Assembly: GCF_006345805.1 (NCBI RefSeq)
Contig: NC_043020.1
Coordinates: 23,312,001 to 23,376,000 of the forward strand
DNA length: 64,000 nucleotides
Direction of reading: 5' to 3'
From: Octopus sinensis
Lineage: Eukaryota
The notes under the pieces are model-generated. The model worked only from the letters and a program-made list of their open reading frames with translations. It ran no database searches and was not told where the DNA came from. A program made the translations under genes and the position numbers. Positions 52,445 through 64,000 of this stretch are shown here, piece after piece (the first letter of the stretch is position 1; every line of letters begins with the position of its first letter).

Positions 52445-53735
52445 CGAGGGACGTTCAATAAGTAATGCCTCTGACCCACTTGCAGTTGTTTGATCTAGCT
52501 GAAATTTTGCATGTGAAATCATTTATATCTCTATAGGGTAAGTGGCAAATTACAGCTCTGAATTAATTGTGGTTTCTGATTTACAGGTGTTTGAACCGAG
52601 TCAAGTGTGAAATGGAGCCTGTTGAGTGTCGAGCAGTGATCCGGTTTTTGTATTGGAAAGGACGCACTCCACGGGAGACTTTTGATGAAATGAAAGTAAC
52701 TTATGTTGATGATGCCCCATCATATGACCTTGTAAAACGCTGGCATCGTGAATTCAAACATGGTCGGAACTCTGTGGAAACAGCTCCCAGATCTGGTCGC
52801 CCCCTTCTGCCATTGATGAGGCATCTGTCCGTCAAGTTGAGGCTGCCATTTTGGAAGATCGACGCATAATTATTCGCCAAATAGCCCATGAGGTCAAGAT
52901 TAGTACCGGGTCTGTGGAAACTATCATTCATGACCATTTGCATATGCAAAAGGTGTCTGCCAGATGGATTCCCAGGTTGCTCACGCCTTTCCAGAAGCAA
53001 GAACGCGTCGAGTGCTCGAGGGTGAATTTGGAGATGTGCCAAGAAGATGAGTCAAATTTTTTCAAAAGACTGATTACACAGGATGAAACCTGGGTCCATC
53101 ACGATGATCCAGAGACCAAAGCCCAGTTAATGCAGTTGAAGCACCGTGACTCACCCCCTCCAAAGAAGGCAAGAGTGCAGCCCTCCGCTGGCAAGGTCAT
53201 GCTCACAGTCTTCTGGGACCAGGACGGAGTAGTGATGACAGATTTCCTGGCAAAGGGTACCACAATTGCAGGAGCCTATTATGCTTCACTTTTGAGGAAA
53301 TTAAGAGAAGTTATAAAAATCAAGAGGCGGGGCAAGATCAGCAAAGGCATCCTCCTCCTGCAGGACAACGCTCCGGTCCACAACTCGCTTGTCGCCAGAT
53401 CAGAAGCACAGGCGTATGGCTATGAACTCCTCCTCATCTCCCCTACTTTCCTGACCTTGCACCCTCTGATTTTCACCTCTTCCCAATCATGAAGTTGTTT
53501 TTGAAAGGAAAGCGTTTCCCAGATGATGCAGCCTTGATTTCTGAAGTCACGTTGAGGTTGGAGGACCAAGCTGGGTTCTTCTACAAAAACGGTCTCCGGA
53601 GCCGCATCGAACGATGGGAGAAATGCGTAACTCTGGGTGGTTCCTATGTAGAAAAAGACTAATAACTGTGCCAATTTTCGTTGCTCTACTGCTATGGGAA
53701 GTGGGTCAGGGGCATTACTTATTGAACGCCCCTCG
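52445..53735 (+). mobile_element. Full-length mariner transposon (DD34D), 1291 bp
   Basis: 36-bp TIRs with 2 mismatches, TA on both sides. Confidence 0.95.
52612..53662 (+). pseudogene. Mariner transposase, two frameshifts
   Basis: MEPVECRAVIRFL, WIPRLL, DETW, QDNA, PDLAPSDFHLF with 34 residues between the 2nd and 3rd Asp; ends YVEKD*; frameshifts near 52805 and 53430. Confidence 0.92.
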
Positions 53736-54155
53736 TATATGTTATTTATATTATAAACATCTCCCCAATCTACCATGTTCAAATCTGTTAGCTTATTTAA
53801 TTACTTAGCGCCATTATTTAATTACTTGTGGACAGCCTAAGTGCGAAAAGTACTAATCAGAAGCAAATATTTCAGGAGCAAATATTTAAATAGATATTAA
53901 TATTGCTATTATTATCGAAGGCAATACAAATTGTTTATAATAACAAGAATATTATTGTAGGTGGTTGCAGGCCTAAATCAACATTATATAGATATAGAAT
54001 TAAAATTGCATTAATCAAAGGGCATGTTAAAGTGTCTAGCCGCTACAAATAAGAATTAAAACACGCATTTGTACCACCAAAGAATATTAACACTGCAAGT
54101 AACACATTCAACAGTATGGGGGCGGGTAAACCGAAAACATCCCTCACATACCTAT

Positions 54156-54566
54156 ACTCTTTTACTCTTTTACTTGTTTCAGTCATTTGACTGCGGCCAT
54201 GCTGGAGCACCGCCTTTAGTCGATCGAGCAAATCGACCCCGGGACTTATTCTTTGTAAGCCTAGTACTTATTCTATCGGTCTCTTTTACCGAACCGCTAA
54301 GTTACGGGGACACAAACACATCAGCATTGGTTGTCAAGCGCCGTTGGGGGGAAAACACAGACACACAAACATATACACAGACATATATATATATATAAAT
54401 ACATACGACGAGCTTTTTCAGTTTCCGTCTACCAAATCCACTCACAAGGCTTTGGTCGGCCCGAGGCTATAGTAGAAGACACTTGCCCAATGTGCCACGC
54501 AGTGGGACTTAACCCAGAACCATGTCGTTGGTTAGCAAGCTACTTAGCACACAGCCACTCCTACGA
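54156..54566 (-). mobile_element. SINE group A, full length
   Basis: Reverse complement of group A. Confidence 0.88.
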
Positions 54567-54881
54567 CTATAGCATAAATCTATATATTTAATGGTACAAG
54601 TATATATGTGGATCGTTTTCTGGTTTCATATGAAGATCTTATCGTCTTCAGCACATCTTAACCCTTAGAAATATCTTCCCGTCCATCACGTTAAAATCTG
54701 TTGGCGTCCTTCATTGCATTGTGCCATATTGTAGACAACCCCACTCTGAAAAGTAGTACCTAAATTAATATTGATGCTATTGCTAATCACGTCCTATATT
54801 AATATTGTTGTTAGTTACATTCACTTCGATTATAACAATGTTAAAATCTATATAAATATTCGCTTCTAAATATTTTTACTG

Positions 54882-54926
<45 letters not shown>

Positions 54927-55069
54927 TGTATAGTATGTATGTATATTCAAAGTATATTAGGCTATACATGTATGTCTATTGTTATAATGTTTTTTATTTA
55001 AATAACTAGACATAATATAATGTCTAAAATTGATGAATACCACCTCTTGATCCCCTCCATTTTCTTATT

Positions 55070-55108
55070 ACTGTATATATATATATATATAATATATATA
55101 ATATATAT

Positions 55109-55169
<61 letters not shown>

Positions 55170-55212
55170 CGTATATATATATATATAAATAAATATATAT
55201 ATATATATTACG

Positions 55213-55268
<56 letters not shown>

Positions 55269-55350
55269 CTATATATATATAATATATAGATATATATATA
55301 TATATACGTACAACACATATACATATAAATACACACATATATATTTATGT
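55070..55350. repeat. Long imperfect (TA)n tract (one of many in the window)
   Basis: Directly visible. Confidence 0.95.
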
Positions 55351-56247
55351 ATGTATCTCAAAATGGCAGCCTAAACGCGTAAGCGTCCTTTCCTCTTCCT
55401 ATCACTAAATTCTTACATCTTTCTCTCTCCTCCAGAATTAAAAGTTGAGGTAAAAACATTGAAAATATCGATTGTACTTTAGTAAATTGTTATATTAATT
55501 TTGATTTTAACTGTAATTTTAAATTACTTGAGATTCTCATTCCTTTGTCCGTATCTCTTCGAGTTGATTCTTGGTCTGTGAAAATGGCAAGACCAGGTGG
55601 TTACTCTAAGGGGAATCTGTTTTAATAACTTTCATTATTCCTCATGAAAGCAGACCCTCCTTAAAGTAACCACCTGGTTTTGTCGTTTTCCCAGACCAAA
55701 AGTCAACTTCTATAGAAAAAAACTAACTAACTACTGTATAGATAGAAACACATTTTTTCTTCTTTCTTTCTTCCTTCTTTTCTTTCCTTCTATTTTCCAT
55801 TGCCATTAAGAAAAAACACACATTGTTCCGCTTTCAAAACATTTTCTTTTCAGACCAAAGTAAGCATCTGTTCCAGACATCTACTTAAAAATATTCTATT
55901 TTATATCTCCTGCTGAAAACACTTCCTTTCAGATACACAGGCAACACACACACATACGCACGCACGCACACACACACACACACAACACACACCACGCGCA
56001 CAAACAAACACGCTCTCTCTCAGTTTCTCCCTATACGATCTCTCCATACATCTCCCTCTTTTCCTACCTTTTACATTCCACATTACTTTCTCACCCCCTC
56101 TCTCTCCACCCCAACCTATTCACTAATGCTACAAAAAGAGACAAATCCCTTCACTCAATTTACATCTGAAGATTCTATCAGAGTAGATGAAAATATGTGA
56201 TTTGTAAAAACATAGCATGTTAATAAAAATTTGTATATGTACAACTG

Positions 56248-56414
56248 TAGGCGCAGGAGTGGCTGTGTGGTAAGTAGCTTGCCTACCAACCACATGATTC
56301 TGGGTTCAGTCCCACAGCGTGGCATCTTGGGCAAGTGTCTTCTTCTATAGCCTCGGGCCGACCAATGCCTTGTGAGTGGATTTGGTAGAGGGAAACTGAA
56401 AGAAGCCTGTCGTA

Positions 56415-56459
<45 letters not shown>

Positions 56460-56688
56460 ATATGTTTGTGTGTCTGTGTTTGTCCCTCTAGCATTGCTTG
56501 ACAACCGATGCTGGTGTGTTTACGTCCCCTTAGCGGTTCGGTAAAAGAGACCGATAAAATAAGTACTGGGCTTACAAAGAATAAGTCCCGGGGTCGATTT
56601 GCTCGACTAAAGGCGGTGCTCAAGCATGGCCGCAGTGAAATGACTGAAACAAGTAAAAGAGTAAAAGAGTAAAAGAGTAAAAGAGTAA
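56248..56688 (+). mobile_element. SINE group A, full length, (GTAAAAGA)n tail
   Basis: Complete copy. Confidence 0.9.
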
Positions 56689-57402
56689 CCATCCAGATCT
56701 CTGAATACCTTATTTTTTTCTAATCTATAATATCTGTATATCACCTCCAAACATTTACTGCATCTCCTGCTCTCGCTGCCCTTCGCACCTCTCTCACCTC
56801 TCTCCCCTTCACACGTACTTCCTCCCACGCACCTCTCCTCTCTTGCTCTGATTCCAACTTCTTCTCTTCACTCCTACTCTCCTTCTCTTCATTTCTACCC
56901 ACCTTCTCCTTTCCCTTCATCGTCACCCCTCTCTCCTAACCCCACCCACCCCGATACACTCCAACCCCACCTTTCCCTATCCTTCCCATCCTATATATAT
57001 ATATATATATAATATATATATATCAACAAAAAATAAGTAGAGAGAAAAATTATATCTTTAATATTGCTTTCACGTTATAAAGCCGAGTATTGTTTCTATT
57101 TCATTCATGGTAGTATTTGTATTTTTCATTGTATACATAATGAGTTTCCCGAATAAAGAGAAAGATTATATATATATATATATATATATATATACGCGTG
57201 GCGTTCAATAATCAAATAATAATACAAATATATATGCATATATGGTTTCAGGTCGTCACAAACAGTGAACAGCATGAAATACAAAAACAAATGAACTGAA
57301 TACACAAATAACGAGAGAAACAAATGGAAAACAGGACAAATAACATAAAGGACGAGACTTCATCAGTTGTCGACTGCCTATCTACTCCTCATTTCGAGCA
57401 TA

Positions 57403-57447
<45 letters not shown>

Positions 57448-57494
57448 ACACACCACACACCACACACATATATTATATATATATATATATGCGC

Positions 57495-58375
57495 AGGCGT
57501 CCAATCGAAGTGTCCGAAGAATGTTACGCCGGCCTCTCCACATGTATCATTGCAAGATAATGGTTGTATAGGAGTTAAGCAAGAGGGAATATGAAAGCTA
57601 CACAACTATTTGTCGAAATATTCTCCAGACCATCCTCCTAGCAGCTGTTCTGATCTGCAGCAACGAAGTGCCCTTCCATTTATCGGGGTTGATAAATAAA
57701 CAAAACTTTCGATACTGGTCATACAATAACCTCCGTGAACCCCACGAACGACCATTCTACATTGCGCTGGTTACCGTCTGGTGTGCCACGGATGATTTCG
57801 ACCTGTGGACCCTTATTTTTTCGCAGAAGAAGGTGTTACAGTATCTGTTACATCGGACCGTTACTGTGATCTGCTTGAAAGGTTGCTCCGTCCAAAAGTC
57901 GTCCAGTTACATGCCGATCCTGATCCGGATGATTTGTGGTTTCAACAAGATGGTGCCACATCACCTACCTCTCGACGTTCACTCTGAGGCCTCCGTGACA
58001 TGTTTCCGGCTCATTTTGTTTCTCTGCGAGGTGTCTTTGGGTGGCTCCCACCTTCCCCGGATTTAACCCCGTGTGATTTTTTCTACGGGGGTACCTCAAA
58101 TCACAAGTGTATCAACACCGACCAGCAACGGTAGAAGATTTAAAGTCAACTCAGGAAATCAATGCAATTCCACGGGACATGGTTCAAACGGCTGTGGTGA
58201 ACTTTAGAGAGAGTCTTCAAAGCTGCATTTTCATTAACTGTCGCCACTTAAGCGATACAATTTTGAAAACCACTCGAATCACAATGGCATTTAACGCAAA
58301 GTTTTTTCTTGTATCTTTATGTGTTTGTTTTTTAATATTCTTTAAAACTGAAGCAACATTTCTACGACATACTGC
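57495..58375 (+). pseudogene. Tc1/mariner DD41D (rosa-type) transposase fragment
   Basis: FHLSGLINKQNFRYW, VTVWCA, PYFF, WFQQDGAT...SPDLTPCDFF with 41 codons between the Asps (one is a stop), YLKSQVY. Confidence 0.85.
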
Positions 58376-58449
58376 ATGTTTGTAATATATCAATTATTCT
58401 ACAACATTCTAAACGTGGAAAACAGCTGAAGTTAACAACATTTTTCTTA

Positions 58450-59450
58450 TTCAACTCAATGCATCAATCAAATAAACGGAATCTTTTCTGCTGAATTCAT
58501 TCGGCTTTTTTCAATTTCGAGCAGAAAATGCTTCCACAAATGGCATCAAATACATTTTGTTTGTGGTTGTTTGGAATAACTAGACAATTCGAAAAGGAAC
58601 CATTCTTGTTTTTTTATTTATTTTCCTTGTCAACGGAAGTGTTCATTCAGCCATTGTACTTATTGTAAGAATTGCGAGGTTTACAAATGTCTGACATTCA
58701 GGGTTTTATCAAAGTCTGTCTTTCCATTGAAATAGTTTTCCTCTGCCAAGCAAAGGACAATCAGAGCTTATCCTCATAGAAACTTCAAATACTGAAAACT
58801 GAGTTACCGAACAATTAATATATAATGCCGTTTGCCAATTTTATTGAATTAAAGTTGATTTCGGATGACCTGTTCATTCTTTTGATCGATTTTTATAAGT
58901 AATATCTATAAGCTGAAATGCAAGAGGCTGATATTTATTCCAAAGCAATCTTGTAACTTGCTTGATTTAAGCAGTTGTTAATATCGTAGATAGAAAGATA
59001 TATGGCATCAAAATATTCGTCTCGCATGGTCAACTTTTCCCGATTGCCTACAGATCTTAGGCCATTCGCGTCCATGATAATACGGGTTTTAAGAACTAAA
59101 TAGTATATCTTCATTTGCTGTGTATTAACATAATATAGAATATAAAATGGATATTTATTCATCATAAAATTCAAAACTTGTTTAAGAATTTCAGCCGTCG
59201 GCTTTCTTTATTGAGAGGACGTATAATCCATTTGGAGCTGCATTGATAAATTGTTTGTATACAAATTGAAGAGGCTGATATTTATTCAAAAGAAAAATTT
59301 TAGTACTTCCATTTTCCACTGGCATCCCATCACACGGCTCAGATATCAGCATCCTCTTGTGATTACACATATTATTGCCAACACTCAAATACGACTGCAT
59401 AATTATCAAGTATTCGTCGAAAATAAGCAGTCCATATTTTCCTTTTAATG
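58450..59450 (-). pseudogene. Highly decayed hAT-like transposase C-terminal region
   Basis: RDEYFDAIYLSIYDINNCLNQASYKIALE and LAILTISTMAE resemble hAT motifs; many stops; resemblance by eye only. Confidence 0.35.
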
Positions 59451-60057
59451 GCAGTAAAAGTTTAGATAATTACTAGGTATCTCTTTGCTTTCAGACTCTG
59501 CCACACGTTAATAAAATTCACAGAATAAATTCTCCCTCATTGGTGAATACTACATTAAATTAACAATCTCCTTACTGTAACTCATTCCCTCAAATAAAGT
59601 ATTACATTGTAGCATTGTTTACTCCAATCTCAGATTTAAATAACTTACTTCACAAAATATTGCTGTAACTCTCAGCTGGATTTTTTCCAAACACAAAGCC
59701 ACTATTCTACATATGTTTCAAAGCCGTTCTATGTCCTTCTATTGTTGAACAAATGTAGTCGCAGTCTTGTTAGTATATCTATCATAAGTGAAAATATTCT
59801 CGTTTATTTTAGTTTCCCTTGTCTCAATCATTGAATTGCTGACATGCTGAGCCACAGACTGGGTTTTGTTTAGCCGAATAAATCGATCGCCCTACTGATT
59901 TTTTCTTTCATTCTGGTACTTATTCTTCCGGTTTCTTTTGCTGAACCGCTAAGTTATGGATCACAAATGCAAACCAATACCGGCTGTCAATCAGAGTGAT
60001 AGTGGAACGCACAAATACACACATACATGTATACATACATACATGTGTGTGTGTGTG

Positions 60058-60097
<40 letters not shown>

Positions 60098-60253
60098 GTG
60101 TGATTAGTGAGAGAGACGAAATATGGAAGATACGAGATTCTTTATTGGTCACTACAATTGTTTCGGCCCCTCTAATATTTATCACGATGAATGAAATAAA
60201 ATGTGTCAAAATATATTCATGCTTAGCATTTTGACTGACGCACTACCAAATCT

Positions 60254-60563
60254 GGTGGAGGCACATGGCCTAGTGTTTAGAACAGCGGACTGGCGATCGA
60301 GGGATCGTGGGTTCGAATCTCAAACCGAGCGATGTGTGTTTTTATGAACGAAACACCTAAGCTCCATGCGGCTCCGGCGGAAGGTAATGGCAAACTTCTG
60401 CTGACTCTTTCGGCACAACTTTCTCTCACTCTTTCCTCCTGCACCCTGCATCCTGCAGCTCACCTGCGACGGACCGGCGACCCGTCCAGGTGGGGAACCT
60501 ATACGCCAAGGAAACCGGGAAACCGGCCCTTATGTGCCAGGCGTGTCTCGAGAAGGAAACATT
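60254..60563 (+). mobile_element. SINE group C (C1-like head + T4 tail)
   Basis: GGCACATGGCCTAGTG...GGTTCGAATCTC head; tail with GGAAACCGGGAAACCGG. Confidence 0.75.
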
Positions 60564-60817
60564 AACAAATCTGCAGTTAGTGTAATAATAAAATAAATGT
60601 AAACCTTGTACAAGCTAACAACAATTTAGTAAGTAATTCACTGATAAGTGCCTGACATTTAGGAAGCATCACTTTCAGTTCAATATCAGCCTCATGAAAT
60701 ATGGAGATGTGACTCGATGTTTCTCGATGCTGACGAACTTTAATTCAAGCACGAATTTCTCGTGCTAAAAAGGGTATTCTATTCACGTCTGGTATGATAT
60801 CATGATATCGTCTTGAA

Positions 60818-61051
60818 GGCGGCGAGCTGGCAGAAACGTTGCCACGCCGGGTGAAATGCGTAGCCGTATTTCGTCTGCCGTTACGTTCTGAGTTCAAATT
60901 CCCCCGAGGTCGACTTTGCCTTTCATCCTTTCGGGGTCGATAAATTAAGTACCAGTTACACACTGGAGTCGATATAATCGACTTAATCCGTTTGTCTGTC
61001 CTTATCTGTCCCCTCTGTGTTTAGCCCCTTGTGGGTAATAAAGAAATAGGT
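60818..61051 (+). mobile_element. SINE group B with 16-bp TSD
   Basis: ATGATATCGTCTTGAA at 60802-60817 and 61052-61067. Confidence 0.88.
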
Positions 61052-62165
61052 ATGATATCGTCTTGAACTTTCATTACACATTACACATAAAAAGCACCAC
61101 AATCATAATAGATTTTCATCATAGTGAATGAAATGAAAAATATCATAATATATTGGTTAAAAAAGCGAGTCTATGTTTGCGGAATGTCTACTTCGGGAAA
61201 TATAAATTCACCGGTTGATTTCATTGCGAATTAGAAGCAAACCTGTAGACAATGTCATTGGTTGATTGTACCAAATTTGACCGAAACAATGAAGTGGAAT
61301 GTTCTGCAAACGAAATGGTTAAACGCCCCCGTTCTTGTAATACGGTTTGACTGGGTAAACGATGAATAGCAGCTACCAAGATTTATCAAACTTCTTTGAA
61401 AATATTCAGCATCGTCTTGCTGTGTATAGAAGTAATTTTTTAGTAGTCTTATTAAACAAAGATTCTGAAGCAAAAGAAGATATTTTCTCAGCGATTATAG
61501 TGTGATATTTATTATATCAACCTGACAAGTTAATAATTTAACGTGTCTTGCATTATAAAATCTTTCATCAACACGCAAATATTTGGTGCTGGAGGGTGTT
61601 TAGAACAGACGGCCAAACTATGACACAGTGTTTTCGTGTGAGTTGGAAACCGATTATCATCTGTCTTTTCTTTATATATTTTTTTTTTCGTAAGTTCTTA
61701 CTGAATATCGTAGTCGTTTTTAAATAGATATCTCTGCGGAAAAACAAATGTGTGTAATAAAAATATAAAATATTTATAAAACAAGGTAAATATGTGTTAA
61801 GAAGAAACAGTGGCATACGATTAAACTAATGAAGAAAGAGCGAATTGTAAGCAAATACACCGGAAAGCTATTTTATATAAACGTTAGCAGATTTTTAGTT
61901 TTATAGTTTTGTGAAAAATGTGTTAAAAGTATTTTTGATAATTCACCTTCGCCTCTTCATTGACATTTCCCTTCCTGTTGCTCGACTCTGCTATGGTTTC
62001 TTTGAAAAACTTCTGAATTTAAGTATTGTTATTTTTCACACAAAAGAAACTTAATATTCATAGAACCTAATACGATACTTTCCATCTTTTCACGTAGGAA
62101 TGGAAAAAAAGTATTTCTTAAAAAGAATATATAGAAACATTATTTACATATATAAATAAAAAGCC

Positions 62166-62166
<1 letters not shown>

Positions 62167-62264
<98 letters not shown>

Positions 62265-62335
62265 CACACACACACACCACACACACACACACACAAACAC
62301 ACACATACACACACACACAAACAAACACACACATA
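62167..62335. repeat. (CA)n microsatellite
   Basis: Directly visible. Confidence 0.95.
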
Positions 62336-62729
62336 TACGTATATACTTATGTATATATCGGCTTCAGGTTTTGGCACAATGCCAGCAATTTGGTGGGAGG
62401 CGATCGGTCGTTTATATAGACCCCAGTGTTCAACTGGTACTTTATTTTACTGAACCCTAATGAATCAAAGACTAAAGTCAACATCGGCAGAATTTGCTAA
62501 GAACTCTGCCCGTCGTGCTACGACTCTGCCAGCTCGCTACCTTAAGAAGAAAATTATTTGAGCTTTCAGGACCTTATCTTGGAAAAATCAGAAAAGCATC
62601 AAAATAAATATATTAATACTCTCTTAATCTTAACCATGATACAGTTATCAAATCATTTTCTTTTTTTAGTGTTTTTAATATAAATTTACTGGTCTGAAAC
62701 CGCTAAAGGATTTTTCGACATATGTATTA

Positions 62730-62987
62730 CTCTTTTAATTTGTTTCAGTCATTTGACTGTGGCCATGCTGGAGCACCGCCTTTAGTCGAACAAATCGACC
62801 CCAGGACTTATTCTTTGTAAGCCTAGTACTTATGGTATCATTTTCTTTTGCCGAACCGCTAAGTTACGGGGACGTAAACACACCAGCATCGTTGTCAAGC
62901 GATGTTGGCGGGACAAACACAGACACACAAACATATACACACACAACATATATATATATATATACATATATACGACGGGCTTCTTTC
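62730..62987 (-). mobile_element. SINE group A, 3' half
   Basis: Reverse group A tail. Confidence 0.8.
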
Positions 62988-64000
62988 ATTATATATAATA
63001 TATATAAATGTGTGTGTATATTTATAAGAATGTATCATATATGTGTGCGTATATGTATGCCAGTGTTCATAAACTTTTTCCACCAGAATTACAGAATTTT
63101 ATATAGCTGGGTTCCATTCTTAACCAAAAAAATCATCACACTAGAAATCACTCAATCTGCAGCAAATTGCACCAGAATAATGATCCAGATGTGTAACATC
63201 ATATTAAATGCCAGATGATCTTTGGATTCCTGTGATAAGAAACTGTGGATTAAAAATGGAGGCCATGCATCATTCGATGCGCTAACGGATAGCATAGACT
63301 CATCTGAGATTAAAGAGTTCACTGCCCTTTCATATACAGATACCGAAACACAGTTCAACGTCTTTTATTCTGATAATGATCGGGATTTTGACAACTTCAG
63401 GAACAACCTTATCAATGCTTTCCGAGAATTCAATCTGGGGATATAGAGGAAACACCAACAAAAGGAGCCGCCTTCAGAAAACCCGCCGACAGATTTCTAA
63501 TCCATCGAGAACAACTCAACTTCCTACCTTTTGCGATCAAAAGTTTATATCAACGATTATCCAGTAAAAATGTAAGGGAAAATTCTTGGAAATGATCATG
63601 GGGATGTTATAATGATGCTCTGGATTTAAACCTTTGAAAGCGGGATGAGCACATATCCGCTCAAAATGTTATTACCGTTAACTGCGGAAAGCGGTTTTAC
63701 CACTCAGCTCCTAGAAGAAAAATCTTCTTATCTGGCAAGTAATACCTTGGAGTCAATTTTCCGAATTTTGGAGTCAAGGAGTTAATTTTGAAGTCAAGGA
63801 GTCCATTTTAGAGTAAAGTAGTCAATTTTCGAAATTTTACTTCATTTCTTCACATATTTTCTCAAATTTCTGTAAAGATTACAGAGCAGGAATCAAATAC
63901 GTTTAATGACGGATATGAAACCAGACCAACAGGAGATACTAAAATGATATTGCAAAAGAAGAAAATATCAATTAATTTTTTGGAGGTCGATAATTGACAT

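Noticed and set aside
56164-56200. CTGAAGA...GAAA hammerhead-like motif
   Set aside because: No GAAAC/GUH junction or stem I; probably chance.

Overview
Repeat-dense, AT-rich eukaryotic DNA. It is most likely an octopus (coleoid cephalopod) intergenic or intronic region, inferred from the SINE families and extreme microsatellite load. No host exon could be recognised, and most listed ORFs are microsatellite or SINE artefacts. Recognisable coding remnants are all transposon-derived: a Neptune-type Penelope-like element (PLE; RT + GIY-YIG) present as a head-to-head inverted dimer (7.1-10.5 kb), a 5'-truncated RTE LINE (26.0-27.5 kb), a full-length DD34D mariner (52.4-53.7 kb), DD34D, DD37D-like and DD41D Tc1/mariner fragments, and a decayed hAT-like transposase. 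There are about 35 tRNA-derived SINE copies in three groups, non-autonomous Helitron-like elements and one 100-N gap. The main unexplained signal is a set of small (TA)n-embedded elements carrying minimal type I hammerhead-ribozyme (HHR) motifs whose stem-III loops are self-complementary (AATT, GATC, GTAC, AGCT, TGATATCA). Several are asymmetric head-to-head fold-backs (one full arm, one 3'-shortened arm), the same geometry as the PLE dimer. This suggests a PLE-driven, ribozyme-bearing palindromic mini-retroelement system. All coordinates were read by eye and may be off by a few bases.
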